NCBI GenBank assembly: GCA_963770835.1
Contig: CAVYRH010000011.1
Location: 192,001-256,000 of the forward strand
Reading direction: 5' to 3'
DNA: 64,000 bases
Source: an uncultured Pseudomonadota bacterium
GTDB taxonomy: Bacteria > Oederibacteriota > Muellerivitia > Muellerivitales > Muellerivitaceae
Numbering within the stretch: the stretch's first letter is position 1; each line of letters begins with the position of its first letter. This document shows positions 50,244 through 60,795 of this stretch, piece after piece. The translations under genes and the position numbers were made by a program. The notes beneath the pieces were generated by a model. It ran no database searches, was not told where the DNA came from, and was given only the letters and a program-made list of their open reading frames with translations.

Positions 50244-52034
50244 TTAATTATGACTGAGTTTTTCAATGGATTGGAGTTTGACATAAGCTTTGTTAATGTT
50301 GCTCTGAGCGTTAATATTGCCAGGGTCTTCCTTCAAGACTTCTTTCCATTTTCCAATGGCTTCATTAATTTTTCCATTAATATAGAGGTTTACTCCATCG
50401 TAATAGAGCGCCTTAACTTTCTCTGCGTCCACCTTTTCTTGGGATTGCTGTCCTGTCATGCGCTTAACATAATCATTTGCCGTATCATCGTTTGACTTAA
50501 GCCGCAACACTTCCTGGAATTTCTCTTCGGCCTTTTCCTTGTTGCCGCTTTCATACAGGGAAATACCATCAGCATCCAGAGTTTTTACTTTTACACTGAT
50601 GTCTTTCTGGATCTTAAAAAAGGCCGTTCCAATCTTTTCATTGTCAGGAGCCAGGTCTTTGGCGAGGGAAATATATTTTTGGGCGTTTTTTAAATCACTT
50701 TTGGAATATGACTTAAGGGCTTTTGCATAAACTGCATCCAATTCGGTTGTTTGTTTAGACAGCAGCTTTTTAAGCCGGCCTTTCACTAGGGAATTGCGAG
50801 GATCTATTTCTTTCGCCTTGTTGTAATTGACCAACGCGTCGGAATAATCCTGTCCCTGATAATACTGATCCCCTTCCGAGATCAAAGCCTTGATGCGAGA
50901 AGTTCGGTTGACATTCAAAGCCTTTATGGCTTTTTGCACTTTTTCGTTGTTGGGGTCCATTGTTAACGCCAGGTTCCATTCATTAAGGGCCTGAAGCGTG
51001 TTGCCTTTTTTAAGGTCGGCTTTGCCTGCCACATAGTGCTTATCCACTTCAACACCTAATTTCGCTTGAGCGTCACCAATAAAACCTTGGGCTTGTTTAT
51101 TGTTGGAGTCCAACTTCAAGATATTGTTAGCCTCAGAAATGGCATCGGTGTATTGGCTGTTCAACATATAGTTACTGGCCTTTTCGAGATGAGTGTTGAC
51201 AGCGGCTTCATTAGCCTGGGCCTGGGCAACAGCAGCATTGGAATCCTTGGGGTTGACCTTGGATGCGTTTTCGAAAGCCTCTGCCGCTTCGTCAAAAGAA
51301 GCGTTGTCAAGATAGGCTACCCCTAAGTCATAGTAAGTCTCATCGAGGGAATCTGTGTCTTGATCTTTAGGAGCCAAAGAAGTTTCGAGTTTGATTGATT
51401 TATTATAGTTCTCAATCGCGTTGTTAAAATCACCAAGGTTGTAATAGGAAAAACCCAGGAACTTATAAATTCGGGGGTCTTCCCGAAGCTTCACCGCGCG
51501 TGTCCAGTTTTCAACAGCTTTTTTATAATCTTTTTGTTGGAAATAAATCACGCCTAAATTTTGGAGAGCCGAAAAGTTCTTCGGGTCTTCTTGAACAATT
51601 TCATTTAATACCGCCACTGCCTCCGTGTACTTTTTTTCGTCCATGAAAACCTTGGCTTGGCATTGAATTAATAAATGCTTGGCATTGGGATCATTCGGAT
51701 TAATTTTAAGTGTGTTTTGAAAATGGCTGATAGCCGATGCATAGTCACCTTTGGAGCGAGCAACGATGCCTTGGCAAAGCTCAAGATATCCTTTGGCATC
51801 GGCATCTTTGGAATCTAATTGTAAACATCTCGCAAATTCGGGGATGGCTTGGTCAAACTTCTGGTCGTTTAAGTAAGAAATTCCAAGGTTATAGTGGGCT
51901 TTTTCATTGTTAGGGTCGGCCTTAATGGCCTGTTGATAAATAGCTTCGTTGCTTGAATCCTGTCCTAGGGTAAGCAAGGGGAAAAAAAAGAAGACGGACA
52001 AAAGGAAAGTAATAAATTGAGCCGTTTTTTTCAT
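50244..52034 (-). CDS. Secreted multi-TPR protein
   Basis: Signal peptide; many TPR units (DPNNEKAHYNLG, DPKNFSALQNLG, etc.). Confidence 0.88.
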   Translation of the reverse strand: MKKTAQFITFLLSVFFFFPLLTLGQDSSNEAIYQQAIKADPNNEKAHYNLGISYLNDQKFDQAIPEFARCLQLDSKDADAKGYLELCQGIVARSKGDYASAISHFQNTLKINPNDPNAKHLLIQCQAKVFMDEKKYTEAVAVLNEIVQEDPKNFSALQNLGVIYFQQKDYKKAVENWTRAVKLREDPRIYKFLGFSYYNLGDFNNAIENYNKSIKLETSLAPKDQDTDSLDETYYDLGVAYLDNASFDEAAEAFENASKVNPKDSNAAVAQAQANEAAVNTHLEKASNYMLNSQYTDAISEANNILKLDSNNKQAQGFIGDAQAKLGVEVDKHYVAGKADLKKGNTLQALNEWNLALTMDPNNEKVQKAIKALNVNRTSRIKALISEGDQYYQGQDYSDALVNYNKAKEIDPRNSLVKGRLKKLLSKQTTELDAVYAKALKSYSKSDLKNAQKYISLAKDLAPDNEKIGTAFFKIQKDISVKVKTLDADGISLYESGNKEKAEEKFQEVLRLKSNDDTANDYVKRMTGQQSQEKVDAEKVKALYYDGVNLYINGKINEAIGKWKEVLKEDPGNINAQSNINKAYVKLQSIEKLSHN

Positions 52035-52051
52035 TGTTCCCTCTGGTTTAA

Positions 52052-53269
52052 TTATGGATTAGTTGGAGCGGAAACGTCTAAAACCAGCAATTCATCAGTG
52101 GTTTTCTTGTGCTTATCCGTCTGGCTACATCGAATCATCGTACCATCAATCGACCATGACAATTCGGCAGTATAGTCAAGGTTTTCACTTGTTTTCAACA
52201 ACTGTTTGTAACCGGCACCATCGGTATCCACTAAACAAACCTTTCCTGCATAAACATAGGCAATTTTATTTCCCGTTGGATAATAAGCGGGGTGGATACC
52301 CAAATTAGCGCTTCGAGTGTAAAAAAGCGTTTGAGTCGCCTTAGTTCTCACATCTGTTTTTTGAAGTTGTCTTTTCTTACCAACTGTCTGCCAATAAACA
52401 AGATATCGGCCATCGGGAGTCCATGCGGGAATCTCAGCCCCAAAACTTTGGTTTAGAGGATGGAATACAGCGTTGTCGCTTTTAGTCGGGACCCTGGCGA
52501 CAAAAAGGTAATATTTGCCGTTCGAACCTCGTTTTCGTTCAGCCAAATAAGAACCATCCGGGGATTGCATCACCTGTTCATCCAGGGTCGCAGGAAAATC
52601 ACCCTCATAACTTTTGTTGAACGGTATCTCGTTCTTTAGAACGATCCAATCCACGCTGGTATTAGCGATTCCTTGGGCACGTCGAGCTCGGTCGGCCAAG
52701 AAATCTATCTTGGCTCTCGTGTCCGCCTGGATAAAAAGCAAGGGAAAGGTTTTGTAAATATTATCAAGGGTCTCCCCAGCATTTTTGTAATTTTTTTGAA
52801 CAAACAGGGCCGTGGCGGTCGAGATCTGGGCATCGATTAGCGATTGGATCGCGTCGTGAATTTGAACATTTCCCATATATCGGTTGTAAGCTTTTTGGCT
52901 GTAATCCATGGCCTTGGAAGGATTTTTGAGTTTGTCGCGATAAAGCGCGGCCAAATCGAGAAGCGCGTGAAGTTCTTCATCAGTCTGGGGAAAATCACGG
53001 ATTATTTTCTCATACCATTGAATAGCATTCGTGTAATCCGACTGCGCCTCATAATTTTTAGCGATTCGGTAATCCGCCTGCGGTGCGAGCACGGAAGAGG
53101 GCTGGTGGGTCAAATAATTCTGGTAAGCCTGTATGGCCTGAGCGTTTTTGCCTGCCTTGTCCAAGTCGCCAGCCGACTCAAACGATCCACCCAAGTATTG
53201 ACAACCGCCTAAAAACCCAAGAAAAAGCAAAAGCATCGGTGGAAAAAAAGCGGGAGTTATCTTTTTCAA
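52052..53269 (-). CDS. Lipoprotein: TPR + TolB/PD40-like propeller
   Basis: Lipobox LGGC; TPR helices; SPDG, PAWTPDG, PAYYPTG and WSIDG repeats. Confidence 0.78.
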   Translation of the reverse strand: MKKITPAFFPPMLLLFLGFLGGCQYLGGSFESAGDLDKAGKNAQAIQAYQNYLTHQPSSVLAPQADYRIAKNYEAQSDYTNAIQWYEKIIRDFPQTDEELHALLDLAALYRDKLKNPSKAMDYSQKAYNRYMGNVQIHDAIQSLIDAQISTATALFVQKNYKNAGETLDNIYKTFPLLFIQADTRAKIDFLADRARRAQGIANTSVDWIVLKNEIPFNKSYEGDFPATLDEQVMQSPDGSYLAERKRGSNGKYYLFVARVPTKSDNAVFHPLNQSFGAEIPAWTPDGRYLVYWQTVGKKRQLQKTDVRTKATQTLFYTRSANLGIHPAYYPTGNKIAYVYAGKVCLVDTDGAGYKQLLKTSENLDYTAELSWSIDGTMIRCSQTDKHKKTTDELLVLDVSAPTNP

Positions 53270-53291
53270 TTCTTCGGAAACCTTTCGGGAT

Positions 53292-55049
53292 TTATTTGGT
53301 AATCACGACGATATCCACGCGGCGGTTTTTGGCGCGAGCATCTTCCGTGTCAGAAGTATCCAAGGGACTGGCGGAGCCATGACCGCGGGAATAAAGATTA
53401 TCAGGCGAAACTTTTCCCTTTTCCACCAAATACCTCAAGACTTCGTCGGCCCGGTTTTGGGAAATAACCAGTGCCTGTTTTTCAGTCCCTTCATCTGGAT
53501 CCGCGTGGCCCTCAATGTAAACGCGGCAGTTGGGGTACCTGCGAATTAAACGGGCCACCTGGTCCAGGTAGTTATAGAATCCCGAACTTAATTTGGGGCT
53601 CTTTTCTCCGAAGGAAACGCTGGGCACTTTTACCACACCCGACATTCCCACCGGCTGCAAGGACGGGGGAATGGAAGGCGCCGAAAAAGCCTGAGGCACC
53701 ACGGATGCGGACGCGAATAAAGGTGCTTCTTTTGTCGAAACTTTTGCCACTTTAAAAATCGGATCGCTCGCCACCACTTGCTGACCCCGGACGTCCACCG
53801 TCCTCAAATTGTAGTTAGCGAAAATACCTCCAGTGACAACATTGCCGTTGTTGTCTTTTCCATCCCAGGCAATCTGACGAGGCGGGACTCCCTTCCCGCT
53901 GTAGCTCCGAAGAACGTTGCCCTTGGGATCGGTAATTTCGAGGGTCCAATTCTTGATATCTGTTCGGGCTTGGGGCTTTATGTCGAAAGTAGCCTGTCTA
54001 ATTGTTTGAGTCTGGTAATCGGCAATTTGTGTATTAATAGCTACCGCCGATGCTTTTTCTGTTTGAGGTCGTTGGACGGTTTGATTTTCCTCAAAACCGA
54101 ACCGGTAGGTCAGTGAAAACCTCTGGGTATCCCCCAAAACGCCGAACGGTACCAAGGCATAATTGAGTTCAAAATCAGAAAACCGAAGACCGGCGCCAAC
54201 GGAAGCTCCGACTCCACTCCCCAAATCCTGGTTCAAGGGATTAAAACTGTACCCGCCCCTAATCGCTACCGCGAAGGATTTTCCCCCCCACCAAAACTCT
54301 CCTCCCGTTTGGACAACGGCATCGTTGTCAATGGGCTTTTCCAAATCCACGCCCGCCAAGAAATGAATGGAACCGGGCGATTGGAACCGGTAAACCAGCC
54401 CGGATCGATAAACCAACGGTAATTTTTCCTGCGACGAATAGTCGGAAAAATTTGAGATCTGGCCTACATTCTGGACCGAAAGACCCAGGGTCCAATCTTT
54501 TTCCTTCGTGTAAAGCAAAAGACCGGCATCCATGGCTTCGCCGATGGCGGAATAGGTGACCAGGTTACTGGAAATGAACTTGCCCCCGATCCCCAGGGCA
54601 AAATTGTCCCCAAAAGTTTGGCCATAGCCCAAGGCAACGGCCAAATCGTTGGCGCTTCCCGGAATGGCTGCGGGGTTATTCGTGGAATTAAAACTGGGTA
54701 CAAAATCGAAAGACGCGCTTAACCCCAAAGTACTGCCAGGTTGAAGGGGTAAGGCCGCCCCCAAGAACTCATAATCCGTGCCGGCAAAATAAGCGACATG
54801 AAGAAGGTTGAGTTCAATATTATTCAATTGAGCTAATCCCGCCGTGTTCCAATACATCGTGCTAACATCATCCGCTACGGCGGTAAACATGCCACCCATA
54901 CCCGCGCCGCGAACACCAGCCGGAATTTCCAAAAATTGGACCCCTGTGGTGCTTACGCTATCCGAAAATGAAAAAACCGGAATTAAAAACAGAACCGAAC
55001 TAATAAAAAGGGGAGCAAGAAACTTAAAAATCCAGGATTTGAAGATCAT
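53292..55049 (-). CDS. PorV/PorQ-like beta-barrel + FlgD-Ig-like + OmpA-like domain
   Basis: FLEIPAGVRGAGMGG.FTAVADD...YWNTAGL; WDGKDNNG; IEGHAD...ISQNRA.EV..YL...GHG...NRRVDI. Confidence 0.8.
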   Translation of the reverse strand: MIFKSWIFKFLAPLFISSVLFLIPVFSFSDSVSTTGVQFLEIPAGVRGAGMGGMFTAVADDVSTMYWNTAGLAQLNNIELNLLHVAYFAGTDYEFLGAALPLQPGSTLGLSASFDFVPSFNSTNNPAAIPGSANDLAVALGYGQTFGDNFALGIGGKFISSNLVTYSAIGEAMDAGLLLYTKEKDWTLGLSVQNVGQISNFSDYSSQEKLPLVYRSGLVYRFQSPGSIHFLAGVDLEKPIDNDAVVQTGGEFWWGGKSFAVAIRGGYSFNPLNQDLGSGVGASVGAGLRFSDFELNYALVPFGVLGDTQRFSLTYRFGFEENQTVQRPQTEKASAVAINTQIADYQTQTIRQATFDIKPQARTDIKNWTLEITDPKGNVLRSYSGKGVPPRQIAWDGKDNNGNVVTGGIFANYNLRTVDVRGQQVVASDPIFKVAKVSTKEAPLFASASVVPQAFSAPSIPPSLQPVGMSGVVKVPSVSFGEKSPKLSSGFYNYLDQVARLIRRYPNCRVYIEGHADPDEGTEKQALVISQNRADEVLRYLVEKGKVSPDNLYSRGHGSASPLDTSDTEDARAKNRRVDIVVITK

Positions 55050-55074
55050 GATGCCTTATTAGTTTAAAAGGTTT

Positions 55075-55109
55075 AACGATTATATCATCCGCAAGCACAA
55101 CCCTGTCAA
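55075..55109 (-). promoter_or_regulatory. Extended -10 sigma70 promoter for the barrel/TPR cluster
   Basis: TTGACA upstream and TG-A-TATAAT on the minus strand (19-nt spacer). Confidence 0.5.
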
Positions 55110-55312
55110 CGCGGCAAACCTTGGAATCGATCTTCCTGTCGCCATTTTCTTCCACTTTCTCCATTCGAGTTTTACACGATTATTGGGATTTCAAGCCAGG
55201 TTACCATTGCTCCAATTGAAGTACTTGTTATAATGCGCGGGTTTTACCTGAAGTTGAACATTGAATCAATCCGTTCCCTTTGATGGGAACCCGAAATTTC
55301 GGAGGCTTCTCC

Positions 55313-56776
55313 ATGATGCGTACCCTGCGGGATAAAAAAATAATGCATGTCGTCCTTTGGTCTCTAGTAGCTGCCTTCGTTGGAAGTATCTTCTTCGTGT
55401 TTGGAATGAAATATACCGCCGGAAGCAAAAACGATCCTAATCTTGTGGCCAAAGTCGGGGATGGGGGAGTCACCCGGGCTGATTTCAATAAAGCCTACCA
55501 GCCTGTCCTCGATAAGGTTTACGCGGCCGAACTCGATGGTCCTACCAGTGAGGAAACCCAACACCTACAGGAACAGGTTTTGAACGGCCTTGTTGACGAT
55601 ATGATCCTGGAAAACACGGCCCAAAAGTTGAATATTACCGTTTCTGACGAAGAATTAGCCGCAACGATCCGGCGACAGCCTTATTTCACTGATAAAAACG
55701 GAAATTTCGACAAGGAAAAATATGTTCAAGTTTTACAGGCGAACCAGCTGACGGCCGAGCAATTTGAGGCTTCCCAGCGTCGGGAACTCCTTGTCCAAAA
55801 AATACGTTCGGTTTTGTTGGATGGCATCCTCTTCGCCAGCAGCGAGGTGGATGACTACGTCTCCCTTCTCAACCGTGATCTGAAAGGCGTTTATGTGGCG
55901 TTGGATGAATCAGTCTATGAGAAAAACATCAAAGCAACAGAAGATGACTTAAAAGAATTCTACGAAAATACAAGAAGCCAATACGACCACCCGGAGAGGG
56001 TCAAAATCCGCCACATCTTCATCACTCCTCCCCAAAGCGAGGGCTTTCAGGACCCAGAAAAGGTCAAAAAAACTCTTGAAGATTACCGCTCGCAGGTCCT
56101 TTCGGGCAAAGCCAAATTCCAGGAACTCGCTAAAAAATACTCCCAGGATGAACAGACGAAAACCAAAGGCGGTGAAATCGGGTGGATTGAGCGCGGGACC
56201 TTGCCCAAGGACATGGAATCCAACATCTTTGGCTTGAAGAAAGGAGAGATTACTAGTCCCTTCAAACTTCAAAGCGGATACGATATCGCCCAAATCGAGG
56301 ATTATGAAACTGCCTACAAGAGCACCTTTGAGGAAGTCCGACCCAAGGTTTTGGACCAATTCCGAAAGCAGAAAGCGGCCCAAAAAATCGCCGTGCTCTC
56401 CGAAAAACTGGCCGAAAAGTTGAAAAATAAAGAAACATTGGAAAAAGCTGCCAAGGAACTGGGGCTTTCAGTTACAACCACCGACTGGTTCAGCCGCCAA
56501 ACGGGAATTCCGCATATCTTGGATTCGAAGGATGCCGCCGAAGAATTGGCCTCCCTTTATCCCCAGCAATGGAAGGGTCCCTTGTCGATCCACCAAAAGG
56601 AGTATTTTTTCCAAATCGTCGATGCCCAGGAAGAAAATAACCGCAAAGCTCTAACCGATCAAGAACGAATGGAGATCACCCAGCGGATGACTTATGAGCG
56701 GCAACAAGCTTGGCTTCAGGATTTCTTAACCAATGAACGAAAAATTCTAGACGTTAAAACTTTTTTGAACGGTTAA
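55313..56776 (+). CDS. PpiD/SurA-like periplasmic chaperone (peptidyl-prolyl isomerase)
   Basis: N-terminal TM, SurA-N-like region, parvulin motif HIF...FQELAKKYSQD..T..KGGEIGW. Preceded by TG-T-TATAAT at 55226-55234. Confidence 0.88.
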   Translation: MMRTLRDKKIMHVVLWSLVAAFVGSIFFVFGMKYTAGSKNDPNLVAKVGDGGVTRADFNKAYQPVLDKVYAAELDGPTSEETQHLQEQVLNGLVDDMILENTAQKLNITVSDEELAATIRRQPYFTDKNGNFDKEKYVQVLQANQLTAEQFEASQRRELLVQKIRSVLLDGILFASSEVDDYVSLLNRDLKGVYVALDESVYEKNIKATEDDLKEFYENTRSQYDHPERVKIRHIFITPPQSEGFQDPEKVKKTLEDYRSQVLSGKAKFQELAKKYSQDEQTKTKGGEIGWIERGTLPKDMESNIFGLKKGEITSPFKLQSGYDIAQIEDYETAYKSTFEEVRPKVLDQFRKQKAAQKIAVLSEKLAEKLKNKETLEKAAKELGLSVTTTDWFSRQTGIPHILDSKDAAEELASLYPQQWKGPLSIHQKEYFFQIVDAQEENNRKALTDQERMEITQRMTYERQQAWLQDFLTNERKILDVKTFLNG

Positions 56777-57341
56777 AAGGAAGGTTCGTTTCCCTAATCA
56801 TCCATTGGAGAGGCAAGCCCATAACATTGAAATAATCCCCCTCCCATTTTCTAATCCACGTCCGGGCGGTTCCCTGAATATCATAGGCCCCTGCCTTGTC
56901 ATATGGTTCCTTGGAGTTGAGATAAACCCTTTGCTCTCGCGGGGTTAGGCCCCTGAAAAAAACCCTGGTTTTTTCCGCATGCGTGCGGGAGCGCTTTTTT
57001 TTCACCAGGGCTACACCCGTCCAAACCGTATGGGCCTTTCCTTGGAGAGTTCGGAGCATATTCCCCGCCTGGCTTCGATTTTTGGGTTTTCCAAATAATT
57101 TTCCATGGCACACAACCACTGTATCCGCGCCCAGAACCCAGGATTGTGGAAACCGTTTTGCGACGGCCTGGGCTTTCTTGAGGGCCAGTCTTACAACCAT
57201 TTTGGAAGGGTTTTCCCTGGGCAGTCGTTTTTCACTGACACCCAAAGGTTTTACGGTTCGAAAGGAAATCCCGGCAAAGCGAAGGATGGCCTTACGGCGG
57301 GGCGAATGGGAGGCCAATACCAGCTGGGTCTGGGATTTCAC
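56754..57341 (-). CDS. maf: Maf family nucleotide pyrophosphatase
   Basis: LVLASHSPRR, LGADTVV, GKP, DKAGAY.IQG, NVMGLP. Confidence 0.95.
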   Translation of the reverse strand: MKSQTQLVLASHSPRRKAILRFAGISFRTVKPLGVSEKRLPRENPSKMVVRLALKKAQAVAKRFPQSWVLGADTVVVCHGKLFGKPKNRSQAGNMLRTLQGKAHTVWTGVALVKKKRSRTHAEKTRVFFRGLTPREQRVYLNSKEPYDKAGAYDIQGTARTWIRKWEGDYFNVMGLPLQWMIRETNLPFNRSKKF

Positions 57342-57345
57342 AATA

Positions 57346-57601
57346 TTACTTGGAATAATAAAGTCCGGCGATCATGCCAATAACTCCGAAAAGGTTGATG
57401 AAATTTTTTCATCCCGAAAGTTAAGATGGTAATTTGAAGATTCAGGATCAGCGACGAATCAAACACCAAGGTCAAATCCTTCATAAGCGAATCATGAAAC
57501 AATTCTTTTGGAACCAATAGGCCCAATAATTCTACAACATACCCCCCCAATATCCCACCGAGGATAATCATCAAGAAGGTTAAACCGGCTCCCTTCGACA
57601 T
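57346..57601 (-). pseudogene. DUF4321-like membrane protein with a one-base frameshift
   Basis: Frame 0 ends ...LTFGMK; the family-like tail FINLFGVIGMIAGLYYSK* lies in the +1 frame across an A6T3 run. Confidence 0.65.
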
Positions 57602-57697
57602 TTTAATTCTTCCCACAAAACTTGTCGAACAGTCGTAAATTGTCAGCCGTTAATCAAATTTTAACGATTGTTGACGTCTCAGACCCGATACCCACCA

Positions 57698-58501
57698 TTA
57701 GATTTTATGGTCGCTAGGAGTTGAAACTTGAATCTGTAACTTACTGATGGCTTCGTGAGCGGCTAGTTGCTCCGCTTCTTTTTTATTTTTCCCAACTCCA
57801 GTCGCAAGGGTTTTTCCTCCCACTATGCAGGCGGCTTCGAAGTTTCGGTTGTGGTCTGGACCCCATTCCCGGATGACTTCATACCGGGGGGCTGTTTTTT
57901 GGGTTTTTTGGAAATGCTCCTGTAAAAGCGTCTTGTAGTCCTTCTCAATGCGCCCGGAAAAAACCTTTTCCACGTCTTCTTGGAGAAGGTTCAAAACTAG
58001 TCCTTGGGCCGCGGGAAGCCCGCCCACCAAATACACTGCCCCAATTACCGCCTCCAAGGCATCCGCTAAAAGGGAGGTTCTAACCCGCCCGCCGGATTTT
58101 TCCTCACCTTTTCCCAATAGAATGAAATCCCCTAAATCAAGCGCGGCCGCCTTTTCACTTAAAACCTGGGCGCTGACGATTACGCTTTTAACCTTAGAAA
58201 GACCTCCTTCGGTGACGCCTGGATAGGTCTCGAAGACATAGTGGCTGATGACCAGCCCTAAAACCGAGTCCCCCAAAAATTCCAACTTCTCGTTATTGTA
58301 ACTTGGGTTCATTTTTCGTTCGTGTGTGTAGGACTTATGGGTCAGTGCTTCGTTTAAAAGCTGTCCGTCCCCCAATGGGATATGCAGGCTTTTGGAAAAT
58401 TGCTTAAGGTGTTCTAAGCGGGACTTTTCAAGGGTGACTTCGTCCCCGCCGGAACTTCGCCTTTTTTTAGGAATTAAATTTTTGAACAATGAGAGTGACA
58501 T
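57698..58501 (-). CDS. rnc: Ribonuclease III
   Basis: ALTHKSY, NEKLEFLGDSVL, ADALEAVIGAVY, dsRBD DYKTLLQE. Start overlaps the fabF end. Confidence 0.95.
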   Translation of the reverse strand: MSLSLFKNLIPKKRRSSGGDEVTLEKSRLEHLKQFSKSLHIPLGDGQLLNEALTHKSYTHERKMNPSYNNEKLEFLGDSVLGLVISHYVFETYPGVTEGGLSKVKSVIVSAQVLSEKAAALDLGDFILLGKGEEKSGGRVRTSLLADALEAVIGAVYLVGGLPAAQGLVLNLLQEDVEKVFSGRIEKDYKTLLQEHFQKTQKTAPRYEVIREWGPDHNRNFEAACIVGGKTLATGVGKNKKEAEQLAAHEAISKLQIQVSTPSDHKI

Positions 58502-59711
58502 TATGGCCGCCAAATCCGAGGGAATTGGAAAGGCAAACATTGACGGTTTGGGCTCTTTTTTGGTTGGGGATATAGTCCAAATCACATTCGGGGTCGGGAT
58601 TTTCAAGGTTGATGGTGGGCGGCAAGACACCCCGTTGGAGTGCCATCACGCAGGCCACATATTCAATCCCGCCGGCAGCCCCTAAAAGATGTCCCGTGCT
58701 TGATTTCGTGGAAGAAATGGCGACTTTTTTCGCGTGTTCCCCAAATATTGTTTTGATGGCCATAGTTTCGAACTTATCGTTATAGGGAGTAGAGGTGCCA
58801 TGGGCGTTGATGTAATCAATCTTCTCCGGCCCCATTTTCGCGTCCTTGAGGGCCAGTGCCATCGAACGGGCAGCTCCCTCCCCATTTTCGGCGGGAGTAG
58901 TCATGTGATAAGCGTCCGAGGTCGTGCCATAGCCGATGGCCTCAGCGTAAATCCTGGCGCCACGGGCCTGTGCGTGTTCGAGGGACTCAAGTACTACGAC
59001 TCCGGCTCCTTCCCCCATGACAAAACCGCAACGGTTTTTGTCAAAGGGACGGCTACCTTTAGTGGGATTTTCATTGAAATCCATGCAAAGGGCGTTCATG
59101 TTGCAAAAGCCGGCATATCCTAATTCGGTGATACAGGCTTCCGTGCCTCCAGCGATCACGACATCTGCTTCGCCTTTCTGGAGCCAGCGCATGGCTTCAC
59201 CGATTGCATGGGCGCCAGAGGAGCAGGCGGAAACGGTGGCGGTATTGGGACCCTGGGCTTGAAGGTAAATGGAGGTCATACCCGAGGCCATGTTGATAAT
59301 CATCATTGGGATGAGAAAGGGTGATACCCGGTCCGGCCCTTTTTCAATCAAGCGAGCGTGCTGTTCCACCAGAACTGGAAGCCCCCCAATGCCGGACCCG
59401 ATCAGGACTCCAACCCGGGTTTTGTCTTCCTTAGACATGTCCAGCCGGGCGTCGGCCACAGCCTGCAGGCTGGCCGCCACGGCGAACTGGACGAAATAGT
59501 CCATCTTGCGGACGTCTTTTTTTTCGATACCAAACTTAACCGGATCGAAATTCTTGACTTCCCCGCCGATCTTGCTGGGAACACGCGAGGGGTCGAATCG
59601 GGTGACGATTCCGATGCCACTTTTACCATCGCAGATGTTTTCGAAAAAATCGGTAGCGTTATTTCCATTGGGGGTAATGGCGCCCAAACCAGTAATAACG
59701 ACGCGTTTCAA
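58467..59711 (-). CDS. fabF: 3-oxoacyl-ACP synthase II
   Basis: RVVITGLG, ACSSG, NAHGTST, GHLLGAAG, GFGGHN. Confidence 0.97.
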   Translation of the reverse strand: MKRVVITGLGAITPNGNNATDFFENICDGKSGIGIVTRFDPSRVPSKIGGEVKNFDPVKFGIEKKDVRKMDYFVQFAVAASLQAVADARLDMSKEDKTRVGVLIGSGIGGLPVLVEQHARLIEKGPDRVSPFLIPMMIINMASGMTSIYLQAQGPNTATVSACSSGAHAIGEAMRWLQKGEADVVIAGGTEACITELGYAGFCNMNALCMDFNENPTKGSRPFDKNRCGFVMGEGAGVVVLESLEHAQARGARIYAEAIGYGTTSDAYHMTTPAENGEGAARSMALALKDAKMGPEKIDYINAHGTSTPYNDKFETMAIKTIFGEHAKKVAISSTKSSTGHLLGAAGGIEYVACVMALQRGVLPPTINLENPDPECDLDYIPNQKRAQTVNVCLSNSLGFGGHNVTLIVQKFNS

Positions 59712-59735
59712 GGGTTCCCTCCGACGACAGAAAAA

Positions 59736-59972
59736 TTATTCCGAGGCTTTCGACTTGATATAGTTAATCGCGTCACCAACCGTCTTGATTTTCTCGGCGT
59801 CTTCATCCGGAATCTCAAGATCAAATTCCTCTTCAAACGCCATGACCAATTCGACGGTATCCAGGGAGTCGGCACCGAGGTCGTCAATAAAAGAAGCTTC
59901 GGGCTTCACTTGTTCGGCTTCCACACCAAGTTGGTCTACAATAATTTCCTTCACTTTATCTTCAATGGCCAT
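59736..59972 (-). CDS. acpP: Acyl carrier protein
   Basis: [20 protein letters not shown]. Start trimmed to ATG 59972. Confidence 0.97.
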   Translation of the reverse strand: MAIEDKVKEIIVDQLGVEAEQVKPEASFIDDLGADSLDTVELVMAFEEEFDLEIPDEDAEKIKTVGDAINYIKSKASE

Positions 59973-60051
59973 CGTCCTCACCTCCGTAAAAAGTGTGCCC
60001 ATCATAGGCAAAAAAAGGCTCTTTTCAACCATCCCTTCCAAAAGCAGACCC

Positions 60052-60795
60052 TTATATCACCATTCCACCGTCAACGCAAATAACTTGTCCCGTAATATAC
60101 CTGGCCTCGTCCGCGGCGAAAAATAAAACCGCATTGGCAACGTCGGACGTTTCGCCCAAAAAGCCCAAGGGGATTTGCCCCAATAATTCTTCCTTAGCTT
60201 TGTCCTCCATGGCCTTCGTCATGTCGGTTTGGATGAACCCGGGAGCAACAGCATTGCAGGTAATGTTTCGGCTTGCGAATTCCCGAGCCGTTGTTTTGGT
60301 AAGTCCAATGAGGCCCGCCTTGCTGGCCGCATAATTGGCTTGGCCTGCATTACCCTTAACCCCACTGACGGAAGTGATATTGACAATACGCCCCTGTCTC
60401 GCTTTCATCATGGACTTTATGAAATACTTGGTCATCAAAAAAGCGCTCTTGAGGTTAACATTGAGAACTTCCTCCCAATCCACTTCGCTCATGCGAAGGA
60501 GCAGGTTGTCCCTTGTGATTCCCGCGTTGTTGACCAAAATGTCAATTTTCCCAAAACCCTCTAGGACGGCCTTTGAAAAATTCTCCACCTCGCTTCCCTT
60601 GGAGACATCCAATTTCAAGGCCAAACACCGGGGAGCGCCAGCCGTTTCGATTTCAGTCGCCGCTTCCTTTAATGTGATTTCATTTGTGCCGCAAATGGCA
60701 ACCGAGGAACCCTTTTGGGCGAAGGCAAGAGCAATGGCCTTTCCGATCCCACGGTTCCCCCCCGTCACCACCGCGACTTTATCCCTCAAGTTCAT
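60052..60795 (-). CDS. fabG: 3-oxoacyl-ACP reductase
   Basis: [21 protein letters not shown]; fab operon context. Confidence 0.96.
   Translation of the reverse strand: MNLRDKVAVVTGGNRGIGKAIALAFAQKGSSVAICGTNEITLKEAATEIETAGAPRCLALKLDVSKGSEVENFSKAVLEGFGKIDILVNNAGITRDNLLLRMSEVDWEEVLNVNLKSAFLMTKYFIKSMMKARQGRIVNITSVSGVKGNAGQANYAASKAGLIGLTKTTAREFASRNITCNAVAPGFIQTDMTKAMEDKAKEELLGQIPLGFLGETSDVANAVLFFAADEARYITGQVICVDGGMVI

Noticed and set aside
58467..58630. Long rnc N-terminal extension overlapping fabF
   Set aside because: ORF-caller extension; a short fabF-rnc overlap from ATG 58501 is unremarkable.
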